The notes under the pieces: generated by a model
What the model was told of the DNA's origin: nothing
Seen by the model: only the letters and a program-made list of their open reading frames with translations
Database searches by the model: none
Part shown: positions 19,350-27,970 of the stretch, one piece after another
Layout of the letters: each line of letters starts with the position of its first letter
Position numbering within the stretch: position 1 is the first letter of the stretch
From: an uncultured archaeon
Lineage (GTDB): Archaea > Aenigmatarchaeota > Aenigmatarchaeia > CG10238-14
Assembly: GCA_964392445.1 (NCBI GenBank)
Contig: CAYMPD010000003.1
Location: forward strand, 2,573-66,572
DNA: 64,000 nucleotides
Direction of reading: 5' to 3'
Program-made: the position numbers and the translations under genes

Positions 19350-20384
19350 TTAAATACCCTTTTCTTCAATTTCTCTAGACTTCATGTTCACAATGAAATA
19401 TTTGTTTCTTTTGTTGTTTGAGATGATTGTGGTTCCATGATAATTCTTGTGGTAATTCTTCTCATTGGAAAACAATACTATATCTGGAATTTGTTCGAGG
19501 ACAAAATAACCAAGTAATCCTTCTTCTCTTATCAATCTCTTGTTCAGAGTTTGTTCCGTATTTACTTTCTTTGGTACTGTTAAAATTTTTATACCCCCTA
19601 CGTCAAACATAGAAGCGTTTTCGTCCTCTGATATCAAAAAAACATTATCAAATTCCTTTATGACCTCTTCATCCTCCCAACCACCGTAAATAAAAATAGG
19701 ATCGGTCTTCCTAGTTTTCTTTAAAATATCAATTAACTTCCCTTGTTTTTCTTCCTCAAGTGTTGATGGTTTGTAGAGATATATCAAGTTTACTTTTTTC
19801 TTTGTTTTTTTAATCTCCCTTGTCATAGATACTTCAGGATAAATGATTTTTTTGATGTAAATCTCTCCTTCTTTCCTTTCACATTTAATCCCAATTATAT
19901 CATCCAGTTCTATTTTATCCACTTCCTTTTTCAAGTCATCATCAAAAAAAATATTTGTTTCACCTGTCTCGTCTTCAACCACTAAATTATTCATGTTCTT
20001 TCTCCTGACCGACACTATCACCGAGAAATTGGTTGTTTTGGGTGTTATTTTATTAACAGAGATCATTTTTTTGAGTTGTGTGTTATTGAGTAATATTTCT
20101 TTTATTTTTGTATATATTTCTGAAAACTTTCTGGTGTAATCTTCTGTTTTTAATTTACCCTTCTCAAATGAGAATTCCCTGATCAACTCGACCTTGATTT
20201 TTTTATCTTTTTTTATGTCTTCCGATTTCTCCAAATGTTTTTTCGATACTATAAACGGTCTTGGGGTTAGGTTATGTACCAGAGAGAGATACTTTTCTGG
20301 GTTTTTGTTTACTATAGGCAAAGCTTCTTGGGACAACTGAAACCCATTATCCAGAAATAACTTAACTGTCTCTTCTTCTTTCAT
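19350..20384 (-). CDS. DP1-like (PolD small subunit / eukaryotic B-subunit-like) protein with apparently inactivated, truncated phosphoesterase domain
   Basis: N-terminal LFLDNGFQLSQEALPIV resembles DP1 N-domain; OB-fold segment FSVIVSVRRKNMNNLVVEDETGETNIFF; positions corresponding to PDE motifs (DxH, GD, GNHD) read LYKPST, IYGGWED, ISEDEN (catalytic residues absent). Confidence 0.45.
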   Translation of the reverse strand: MKEEETVKLFLDNGFQLSQEALPIVNKNPEKYLSLVHNLTPRPFIVSKKHLEKSEDIKKDKKIKVELIREFSFEKGKLKTEDYTRKFSEIYTKIKEILLNNTQLKKMISVNKITPKTTNFSVIVSVRRKNMNNLVVEDETGETNIFFDDDLKKEVDKIELDDIIGIKCERKEGEIYIKKIIYPEVSMTREIKKTKKKVNLIYLYKPSTLEEEKQGKLIDILKKTRKTDPIFIYGGWEDEEVIKEFDNVFLISEDENASMFDVGGIKILTVPKKVNTEQTLNKRLIREEGLLGYFVLEQIPDIVLFSNEKNYHKNYHGTTIISNNKRNKYFIVNMKSREIEEKGI

Positions 20385-21592
20385 TAAATCACTAGATTTT
20401 CCTCTAGAACCTTTTTGATTTTACTTTTAACATCATTCGCTACGCTGAGTTTTATATGTCTCGTCCTACCATATCGACCAAGAGAAACAACTTTGGCATT
20501 AATTATTCCGGTCATGTCCAATTCAGAAATCAAATCAGAAACTCTTCTTTGGGTTAAAGGACTCATACCCAGTTCATTACAATAATTCTCATAAACATCA
20601 TAAACATCCCCGGTTTGTATCTCCTCTCTTTTATCTTCAACCAAATTTATTATGGAATAGAGAACTATCTTACTTTGTTTTGGTAACGATTTCACTGATT
20701 CTAAAGTTCTATCATAATCTATTTTTCTAAGCGCGGCATCAACATGTTCCTCGGTGATTTTTTCATGTCTTTGTCTTTCAGCTAATTCACCCGCTACTCT
20801 CAACAGATCTAATGCCCTTCTCGCATCACCGTGTTCCTGTGCAGCCAGAGCAGAACATTTTGGTATAACCTCTTCTGATAAAACATCGCTACTAAAACCC
20901 ACTTGGCTTCTTTGTTTGAGTATCTCCTGTAACTCTAGAGCATTATATGGAGGGAATAATATTTCTTCCTCGCCCAAAGAACTCTTTACGCGAGGATCCA
21001 AAATATCAACAAAACTCAGATCGTTGGTAATACCTATAACAGATACACTTGCTTGTTGCAAGTCTTGATTTATCCTTGTGAAATTATAAAGAAAATCGTC
21101 GCTCATTTTCTTAACCAATGTATCTATCTCATCAAGTATTATCACAACGACCCAATTCCGAGAATCAAGTACACGGAAAAAAGTATTGTAAACCTGTTGT
21201 GTTGGTAATCCGGTTGAGGGAACTTCCTGTCCTAGGAGCCTACACAGCTCGGCCATTAACCTATATTCTGTATCAGCTGTTTTCTTCATCTTACAATTAA
21301 TATAAAGAATTTTTACTGGTGTTGTGCCTTGGTTTGACATCTTTTCTAGTTCCTGACCCACATATTTAGAAACTAATGTTTTCCCAGTTCCCGTTAGACC
21401 ATATATGAACACATTCGACGGTTTTGCTCCTTTAAGAGATGGGGCTAATATTGATGCTAAGTTGTTGATTTGTTTGTTTCTATGAGGAATGTCGTTTGGA
21501 GTAAAATGAGAATTTAATGCTTTTCTATCCTTGAAAACCGGGTTTGTTTTTTTGATGAAATCTTGAAAAATTAACTGTGCTTCGTTGTCCAT
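20384..21592 (-). CDS. orc1: Orc1/Cdc6 replication initiator
   Basis: Walker A IYGLTGTGKT; Walker B ILDEID; sensor/GDARRALDLLR; C-terminal winged helix; 402 aa. Confidence 0.9.
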   Translation of the reverse strand: MDNEAQLIFQDFIKKTNPVFKDRKALNSHFTPNDIPHRNKQINNLASILAPSLKGAKPSNVFIYGLTGTGKTLVSKYVGQELEKMSNQGTTPVKILYINCKMKKTADTEYRLMAELCRLLGQEVPSTGLPTQQVYNTFFRVLDSRNWVVVIILDEIDTLVKKMSDDFLYNFTRINQDLQQASVSVIGITNDLSFVDILDPRVKSSLGEEEILFPPYNALELQEILKQRSQVGFSSDVLSEEVIPKCSALAAQEHGDARRALDLLRVAGELAERQRHEKITEEHVDAALRKIDYDRTLESVKSLPKQSKIVLYSIINLVEDKREEIQTGDVYDVYENYCNELGMSPLTQRRVSDLISELDMTGIINAKVVSLGRYGRTRHIKLSVANDVKSKIKKVLEENLVI

Positions 21593-21844
21593 ACCACTAT
21601 ATATTCTCCTATTGAAATAAACCTTTTTCTATTGGAAAACATATAATCCCTCTCACCCCATGATTTCTTGTAGAAATGATATAATAAAATATATTAAAAG
21701 ATATAACAATGTTATAATGTATGTTATTTTGTTTAAACACGACTATATTTTTTCAAATAATTAAAACATAATTTCTTGATAAAACAACCAATTCCCCAGA
21801 GTTTAATTAGAAAATTCTCCACACGCAACCACAGGGTGAGTGAG
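21593..21844. other. candidate replication origin (AT-rich intergenic region upstream of orc1)
   Basis: 252-bp non-coding, very AT-rich core (about 21665-21800) flanked by inverted CTCACCC (about 21652) / GGGTGAG (about 21829) elements; ORB-like ttctattggaaaac at 21625; immediately 5' of orc1. Confidence 0.4.
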
Positions 21845-22546
21845 TTAATCACACAAATTCAAAATTCTCCCTCTAACTTCTTTACCTTGAATATTAACCA
21901 AACCAAAATAACCTTCAGGAAACTTACCAGCGTTCATAAGAAAAGTTTCACCTAAAGTACCAACACCCTTTGCTTCGTGAATATGTGCAGATAAAGCGAG
22001 AACAGGTTTCTTCTCTTCAACAAATTTCCTAACAACATGAGATCCCACATGGGCGCCTGCACGGATAATATCAACCTTGGTGTTGTATGGTGGGTTATGT
22101 GTTATTTGGATTTTATATTTCGAACCTTTAACTTGACTGTAAGCTTTTTCTAACCCTCTTTTTAATTCCTCCTCGGTTGGTTCAAATGGTGTTGCAAAAG
22201 GTGTTTTAGCCCCACCAAACCCATAGAAACCATAATCACCTATAACCTTACCTTTACCATGAATACTAATATCTTCATCTTCAATCATTTCAATTACTTC
22301 TTTAATATCGTTGTTCCCTGGTATCGCAAGAACCGGTTTTTCTAACATTTTTAATTCTTCTATTATTATTCCGGTTATATCCTCTTCCGTGAAACCTTTT
22401 GGTGTATTAATATCGGTAAAGTCGCCCATATAAACAACAACATCACACTTAAAACTCTCTAACTTCTCAAGATAACTAATCATATTTTCAATATCACCAT
22501 GATTATCACCCATTACCAACAAATCCATTACCATCACCTTACACAT
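21845..22546 (-). CDS. calcineurin-like metallophosphoesterase
   Basis: Motifs GDNHGD, GDFTD, GNND, HNPP, AHIHE. Confidence 0.7.
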   Translation of the reverse strand: MCKVMVMDLLVMGDNHGDIENMISYLEKLESFKCDVVVYMGDFTDINTPKGFTEEDITGIIIEELKMLEKPVLAIPGNNDIKEVIEMIEDEDISIHGKGKVIGDYGFYGFGGAKTPFATPFEPTEEELKRGLEKAYSQVKGSKYKIQITHNPPYNTKVDIIRAGAHVGSHVVRKFVEEKKPVLALSAHIHEAKGVGTLGETFLMNAGKFPEGYFGLVNIQGKEVRGRILNLCD

Positions 22547-22901
22547 TAATTATGAAAACCAAGTCCTTAAAACTAATACCATCTTTTTTAACATTTGTTT
22601 TTGGTATATCTTTAACCCCCAAGAACTTCCAGTTTTTATTTCTCCAAGCAAGAAAACCCATTGCTCCAGACATATCACACCAGTTTTTGAAATTTTTATA
22701 TTCCTTTTTTCCTAGTCTTGGTACTGTTTTCCAGGCTTTACATTCAAATGCCAAAACCCTACCTTTTTTGATTGCAACCACATCTGGGGTAGATATAGAA
22801 CCACCGGACCCAGCGGCTCTTATCATAGCGAAACCACACGACTCTAATTTTCTACATAATTCTCTTTCAGCCCTAGCTCCCTTATTGTATCTTTTGACCA
22901 T
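22539..22901 (-). CDS. hjc: Holliday junction resolvase Hjc
   Basis: KGARAERELCRKLESCGFAMIRAAGSGG…PDVVAIKKGRVLAFECK matches Hjc catalytic core (E, PD, ExK). Confidence 0.8.
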   Translation of the reverse strand: MVKRYNKGARAERELCRKLESCGFAMIRAAGSGGSISTPDVVAIKKGRVLAFECKAWKTVPRLGKKEYKNFKNWCDMSGAMGFLAWRNKNWKFLGVKDIPKTNVKKDGISFKDLVFIINV

Positions 22902-22959
22902 TATTTAACAACCTAGTAATTATTTTAAATCTATTCACATAAATTTAATCCAGGTAGTA

Positions 22960-23505
22960 ATGAAAACAGGAATCGAAATTAAAAATATAATGACTAAAAG
23001 AATAGTCACGGCTAAATATTCTGACACAGTTCAGGAAATAGCCAAAAAAATGGCTAAGAAAAGAGTAGGGTCAATAATAATAACCAAAAAAGACAGGCCT
23101 GTAGGTATAATAACAGAAACCGATATTAACAAAAGAATAGTTGCTAAAGCAAGGGACCCCAAAAAAACCAAAGCAGAAAATATAATGACTTCACCGATAG
23201 TTCACGTGAACCCAAAGGACGATGTTTCAGAAGTAGTTGAAAAAATGAAAAAACACAAGATAAGACGTTTTCCTGTCGTCAGAAGGGGGAAAATAGTCGG
23301 TATAGTCACAAACACAGACATAGCAAGAATATCACCAGAGATGATAGAGGTTTTGAACCTTAGATTAAAAATGAGAACAGTAGAACCCAGAATTGAGATG
23401 GGGATTACGGCTGGGATATGCGAAGAATGTGAAAATTATTCCCAAAACCTAATGTTCGTGAATAATCAGTGGGTTTGTGAACAATGCAGAGAGCAGAACA
23501 TTTAA
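22960..23505 (+). CDS. CBS-domain protein with C-terminal zinc ribbon
   Basis: Two CBS repeats then CEECENYSQN…CEQCREQ; ORF contains a GTTCACGTGAAC palindrome at about 23199. Confidence 0.6.
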   Translation: MKTGIEIKNIMTKRIVTAKYSDTVQEIAKKMAKKRVGSIIITKKDRPVGIITETDINKRIVAKARDPKKTKAENIMTSPIVHVNPKDDVSEVVEKMKKHKIRRFPVVRRGKIVGIVTNTDIARISPEMIEVLNLRLKMRTVEPRIEMGITAGICEECENYSQNLMFVNNQWVCEQCREQNI

Positions 23506-23529
23506 ATAGATTTTGATTAAATATAATAA

Positions 23530-23880
23530 TTGGTTTTAATGTTCACCTTTCATAATATCGAAAAATTGTTAGAGGATTTATTAGATTTCTCAGTAATTGT
23601 AGAGGGGAAAAGAGATAAATTAGCTTTAGAAAAGTTAGGTTTAACGGATATTTTTACTATTTCAGGAAAACCAATAGAAGAATTGGTTGAAGGTTTACCT
23701 AAAGACAGAAAATACATAATCCTGACAGATTTTGATAAAGAAGGTGAATTGTTAAAATCGGATATAAAGAGATTTATGTCTAAGAACGGGTTCCGGGTTA
23801 ATGATAGACTCAGAATTTCCGTTAAGAACTCTTTTGATATTATACAAATCGAGGAGTTGAAGAAAATTTCAAAAATAATG
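23530..23880 (+). CDS. small Toprim-domain protein
   Basis: VIVEGKRDKLALEKLG…ILTDFDKEGE Toprim motifs; true 3' end uncertain (ORF call runs into dnaG in another frame). Confidence 0.5.
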
Positions 23881-23884
23881 GAGG

Positions 23885-25027
23885 ATGATTATTATGGGAA
23901 AATTAGCACAATCAACTATAAAATATTTAATAGAAGCAAAGTTCTCCACAGACGGCGCGGTGGAGAAACCAGATGTGATAGGCGCGGTTTTTGGACAAAC
24001 TGAGGGTTTGCTAGGACAGGATTTGGATCTAAGAGAGCTACAAAAAACTGGAAGAATAGGAAGAATTGAGGTTTCTCTAAAAGGAAACAAAGGTAAAACG
24101 AAAGGAAAAATAACAATTCCTTCCAGTCTAGATGCGGCAGAAACGGCTTTAATAGCAGCAGCGATAGAAACGATTGAAAGGATAGGTCCTTGTGATTCTT
24201 ATATAAAACTAGTTTCTGTTAATGATATAAGATCAGTTAAACGTGATTATGTCGTTGGTAGGGCAAAGAGGATTTTGAAGAGATTAATAGAAGATGAAAT
24301 ACCAAATACAATGGAATTGACGGACAAAATAAAGGAATCAGTGAGGACGGCAGAAATAATAAAATATAAGGGATTACCAGCAGGACCAGACGTAATAGAT
24401 TCAGATGAGATAATAATTGTAGAAGGAAGGGCAGATGTTATAAATCTACTTAGAAATGGTGTTAAAAACGTAGTAGCAATGGGTGGGGCAACAATACCTC
24501 ATACAGTAGTAGACTTATCTAAGGAGAAAATGACCACAGTTTTCCTGGATGGGGACAGAGGAGGAGATTTAATACTAAAAGAACTTCTTCAACTAACAAC
24601 AATCGATCATGTTGCAAGGGCACCTCACGGAAAAGAAGTTGAGGAATTAACCAAAAAAGAACTTTTCAAGGCATTAAGAGAGAAAACGCCGATCGGGAAT
24701 GTGGAGAAAGAAAAGATAAAGGATTTAGATACAAAGACCAAAAAGAAACTCAGTAAAACTCTCGAAAAGATGATGGGAACAAGGGCAGCATACATATTCG
24801 ATGAGAAAGTTAAGTTAAAACAAAAAATTCCATTAAAACAATTCAATGAAAAGAACGAGAAGATAGAGAAAGCAGAAATAATTTTAGTGGACGCGAAAAT
24901 AGATGAGGATTTAGTGGCTATAGCAGAAGAAAAGAAGATTAAATATCTGATAGGGAAAGATAAAAAGGAAGAATTCAAAACAAAGTTCCTTAAAATATAC
25001 ACAAAAAATGATTTGGTCACTGAATAG
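23885..25027 (+). CDS. dnaG: archaeal DnaG primase (Toprim)
   Basis: IIVEGRADVINLLRNG…VFLDGDRGGDLI Toprim core; N-terminal archaeal DnaG region; 380 aa. Confidence 0.85.
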   Translation: MIIMGKLAQSTIKYLIEAKFSTDGAVEKPDVIGAVFGQTEGLLGQDLDLRELQKTGRIGRIEVSLKGNKGKTKGKITIPSSLDAAETALIAAAIETIERIGPCDSYIKLVSVNDIRSVKRDYVVGRAKRILKRLIEDEIPNTMELTDKIKESVRTAEIIKYKGLPAGPDVIDSDEIIIVEGRADVINLLRNGVKNVVAMGGATIPHTVVDLSKEKMTTVFLDGDRGGDLILKELLQLTTIDHVARAPHGKEVEELTKKELFKALREKTPIGNVEKEKIKDLDTKTKKKLSKTLEKMMGTRAAYIFDEKVKLKQKIPLKQFNEKNEKIEKAEIILVDAKIDEDLVAIAEEKKIKYLIGKDKKEEFKTKFLKIYTKNDLVTE

Positions 25028-25364
25028 AACTGGCTATTATTTCCATTTTTTCTTTATATTTTTCTGGTTTACCAGTTACTTCAACCTCTTGACCAGATTT
25101 AACTTCATCTATGTTTTTAATAGAATCTTTGAATACTACAATATCAATAGTTCCAGTATCATCTTGGATTTTTAAAAATATTGTTCCAGATTTTGAAACG
25201 GATTTTTGAACTATTTTACCAGTGATCTTCACATAATTGATTTTTTCGTTTATATCTTTTATTTTGAAATCTTTTGGTTTGAAAAATATTGTTGATAAAA
25301 ACATTAAAATAATTCCTGATATGACAGATATTAGGCAAATTTTAATCAATAAACTTTCTTTCAT
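25017..25364 (-). CDS. membrane-anchored OB-fold nucleic-acid-binding protein
   Basis: N-terminal TM helix then OB-fold-like VKITGKIVQKS…IFLKIQDDTGTIDIVVF…EVEVTGK. Confidence 0.5.
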   Translation of the reverse strand: MKESLLIKICLISVISGIILMFLSTIFFKPKDFKIKDINEKINYVKITGKIVQKSVSKSGTIFLKIQDDTGTIDIVVFKDSIKNIDEVKSGQEVEVTGKPEKYKEKMEIIASSIQ

Positions 25365-25903
25365 TTTTTCTTCAGCTCCACTTCATATAATGTTTCGTAT
25401 ATCGGACCTTTCCCAGTTAACGTGCTCTTCACGAGTGAAATTTTCTTCACGTGAAATGAACCCAATTTCACGTTACGATATTTTTTTATAAAATCATTAA
25501 GTGATTCTTTATTTGGAACGGCTTTAACTCTACATAATGTAATTTTAGATTTTTCGTGAAATTTACCACCAACCTCTTTCCCTACCCCTTTAACCAATCT
25601 TTTCAACTTCTCACTCTTCACGTTAATACCTATAATCTTCACGTAATTTTCATTTGGTATCAATTTTAGACCTTCTAACTTCACGTGAAATTCACTCGTA
25701 TTTTTTAGACATTCACGTAATTTCTTCTTAACTTCACGTAATTTATCTTCATTAATTTCACCCAGGAACGTTATTGTCACGTGAAGATTTTCTTTTTCAG
25801 TAAATTTACCTACTATATTAATCTTCGATATTTTCTTCTTAAAATCCTCTAAATCTTCTATTATAACCTCTGGTGGCCAAATACATGTGAATAGTCGAAC
25901 CAT
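25361..25903 (-). CDS. 2H phosphoesterase / LigT-like (2'-5' RNA ligase family) protein
   Basis: RLFTCIWPP…LHVTITFLGE first HxT/Sx motif; second motif position reads KITLCRV (His replaced by Lys); 180 aa; ORF carries about 10 TTCACG sites in different frames. Confidence 0.55.
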   Translation of the reverse strand: MVRLFTCIWPPEVIIEDLEDFKKKISKINIVGKFTEKENLHVTITFLGEINEDKLREVKKKLRECLKNTSEFHVKLEGLKLIPNENYVKIIGINVKSEKLKRLVKGVGKEVGGKFHEKSKITLCRVKAVPNKESLNDFIKKYRNVKLGSFHVKKISLVKSTLTGKGPIYETLYEVELKKK

Positions 25904-26015
25904 ACCTATATTTTATCTTCACGTAACTTAAATTTATCTTCACCCCTATGAAAAAGTTCACGTGAAATTAAACGTGAATTCACACAAACTTCACGAAAAA
26001 TATTTAACCTTCGTG
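25428..26015. promoter_or_regulatory. array of about 15 TTCACG / CGTGAA half-sites including 3 perfect TTCACGTGAA palindromes
   Basis: Sites at about 25428, 25445 (full), 25466, 25553, 25617, 25638, 25680 (full), 25712, 25733, 25777, 25917, 25957 (full), 25972, 25990, 26010; extended consensus cTTCACGTRAWT; densest in the 25904-26030 divergent intergenic region. Confidence 0.65.
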
Positions 26016-26030
26016 AAACATAAATGAAGT

Positions 26031-27119
26031 ATGAATGAAGGATATGAATATTACACAAAATTTGATTGGACACAAAATCCTTTCACACTTACAATATCAC
26101 CCAATTTAATGGTAGGGTATTCTTCACAAACAAAAAAATTACTTTCACACGTTTTTAATTCCCATAAGATGGCTATGGTTGTTGGTCATACAGGATCAGG
26201 AAAAACTACCCTCATGAACTGGTTAAGTGGGTACATAAACAATAATAAAAACTCGTTCGATTCTTATTATATCCCAAAATGTCCGAGGACAAAAAAAGAC
26301 CTTGTAGATATTTTTAAATTTTTGTTCGGTTACAACATAATCGATAGTTTCAGATTCAAGGATCTAAATACACAAAACCTTCCCAAGTTCTTAGTTAAAA
26401 AAACACGAAAAAATAAAGCTGTGGTTTTGGTTGATGAAGCACATGAAACATCACTAGAAGTTCTTGAGTGGCTGAGAACATTAAATGACATGGTCCCTAA
26501 TTTACTGATAATCTTTGCAGGGCTTCCAATATTTGAGAAAAAAATAGAAACAAAATTACCTACGTTATACATGAGAATAACCACAAAAACATACCTCGAA
26601 TCTCTTAATTATGTGGAGACAGAGTCATTGATAAGGAAAAGGATAGAGAACTCAGGAGGAGAAGGACTAAAACCTTTTACTTCTGATGCCGTTAAAAGAA
26701 TATTCGAGATATCGGGTGGATTCCCCCGTGAAGTAATAAAAATATGCGACAGACTTGTGGAGGCCGCCGCAGAAAAAAATATACCTACTATTAATGAAAC
26801 CTTTGTAAATGAGTCTTACACTACCAAAAAAAAGAAAAAGAAAATTTCGGTACCTAAACGTAAGAAAACCAAAATATCCCTTTCAGATAAACAAAGAAGA
26901 ATATTGGAAATAATAAATGAAAAATCTGAATTAACACCGGTTGATATTGCGGATGAGATGGAAACAGGCGACTATAAAAGTAAAAATAATGCAGTTCGCT
27001 CAATAAACAATATCTTGAGAAGATTGATGGAAGATGACCTAGTTAAAAGACAAAAATCGGGAAATACTTACATTTATTCACTCACCGGGAAGTCCAAGAG
27101 CGTTTTCGCCGAGGCATAA
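26031..27119 (+). CDS. AAA+ ATPase (Cdc6/ExeA-like, AAA_22 type) with C-terminal winged helix
   Basis: Walker A VVGHTGSGKTTL; Walker B VVLVDEAHE; GGFPREVIKICD resembles ExeA/Cdc6 sensor-2; C-terminal wHTH RILEIINEKSELTPVDIADEM. Confidence 0.55.
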   Translation: MNEGYEYYTKFDWTQNPFTLTISPNLMVGYSSQTKKLLSHVFNSHKMAMVVGHTGSGKTTLMNWLSGYINNNKNSFDSYYIPKCPRTKKDLVDIFKFLFGYNIIDSFRFKDLNTQNLPKFLVKKTRKNKAVVLVDEAHETSLEVLEWLRTLNDMVPNLLIIFAGLPIFEKKIETKLPTLYMRITTKTYLESLNYVETESLIRKRIENSGGEGLKPFTSDAVKRIFEISGGFPREVIKICDRLVEAAAEKNIPTINETFVNESYTTKKKKKKISVPKRKKTKISLSDKQRRILEIINEKSELTPVDIADEMETGDYKSKNNAVRSINNILRRLMEDDLVKRQKSGNTYIYSLTGKSKSVFAEA

Positions 27120-27150
27120 ATTTTATACCTTTCACAAACAAATTATTCTT

Positions 27151-27702
27151 ATGCGGATTTTATGTATTGTTGGTATGCCGGGCTCAGGTAAAACTATTGC
27201 GTCTGATAAGGCCAAACAACTTGGTTTACATACATTAACAGTTGATGAAATTATTTTAGAGGAGATACAAAGAAGAGGAATGATTCGCACAAGAAAGAAT
27301 GAGCGAAGAGTGGCTAATTACTTTCATGAAAATAAAAGAGAAATGATGAGGAGAATCGTAGATAAAATAACAAATGCGAAAAATCCAGATAAAATAGTTA
27401 TCGAAGGACTAAAATCCGTGGATCAGGTCAAATCTCTTCAGGAAAGGTTAAATGGGGATCAGATGCATATACTCGCTATACACTCTCCGCCCGAGATACG
27501 TTGGTCTAGAAGACAAAAATTAATAAAACATAAAACTCATGAGAACATAAAACAGGATGATAAGAATGATATCGAAGCTGGTTTACCGGAACTTATATCA
27601 ATGGCAGATCATATGGTGTTAAATAACGGTGATTTGTTAGGATTTAGACAAACAGTTAAAGATAAATTAATTGATATTCTTAATATAGATGTAAAGAGGT
27701 GA
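27151..27702 (+). CDS. P-loop nucleotide kinase family protein (dephospho-CoA kinase/NMP kinase-like)
   Basis: ILCIVGMPGSGKT P-loop at N-terminus; 183 aa. Confidence 0.5.
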   Translation: MRILCIVGMPGSGKTIASDKAKQLGLHTLTVDEIILEEIQRRGMIRTRKNERRVANYFHENKREMMRRIVDKITNAKNPDKIVIEGLKSVDQVKSLQERLNGDQMHILAIHSPPEIRWSRRQKLIKHKTHENIKQDDKNDIEAGLPELISMADHMVLNNGDLLGFRQTVKDKLIDILNIDVKR

Positions 27703-27706
27703 AATT

Positions 27707-27970
27707 ATGGCTGAAAATAGGGTAAGAGCAAAAAATGTTGTTGAAAAAGTAGTCATTAGCGAAGAAACAGGTAAAAAATTTGGAATGGTAAGTAATGTTG
27801 ACTTTATCACTGAGAGTGGTGAACTTCTAAATATAGTGGTCGACGGTGCAACAAAGTCTCTTAGGGAACTTAACCTCAAGACAGACGAGAAGGGAAGAAT
27901 TCTTGTTCCATTCAGTGCAGTAAAATCCATTGGAGATTTTGTAATAGTAAGTGAGAATGAATTGATTTAG
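27707..27970 (+). CDS. PRC-barrel domain protein
   Basis: 87 aa; GKKFGMVSNVDFITESGELLNIVV…ILVPFSAVKSIGDFVIV PRC-barrel pattern; paralog at 46397..46675. Confidence 0.55.
   Translation: MAENRVRAKNVVEKVVISEETGKKFGMVSNVDFITESGELLNIVVDGATKSLRELNLKTDEKGRILVPFSAVKSIGDFVIVSENELI

Noticed and set aside
23869-25020. Minus-strand ORFs 23869..24090, 23916..24116, 24625..25020 overlapping dnaG
   Set aside because: Antisense to the DnaG reading frame with Ser/Phe-rich low-complexity translations; shadow ORFs.
25380-26030. TTCACG repeat array considered as a possible CRISPR array
   Set aside because: Spacing between repeats is irregular (13-150 bp). The repeats are only 6-12 bp. Many lie inside a protein-coding ORF with a coherent LigT-like translation. 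No cas genes are nearby.
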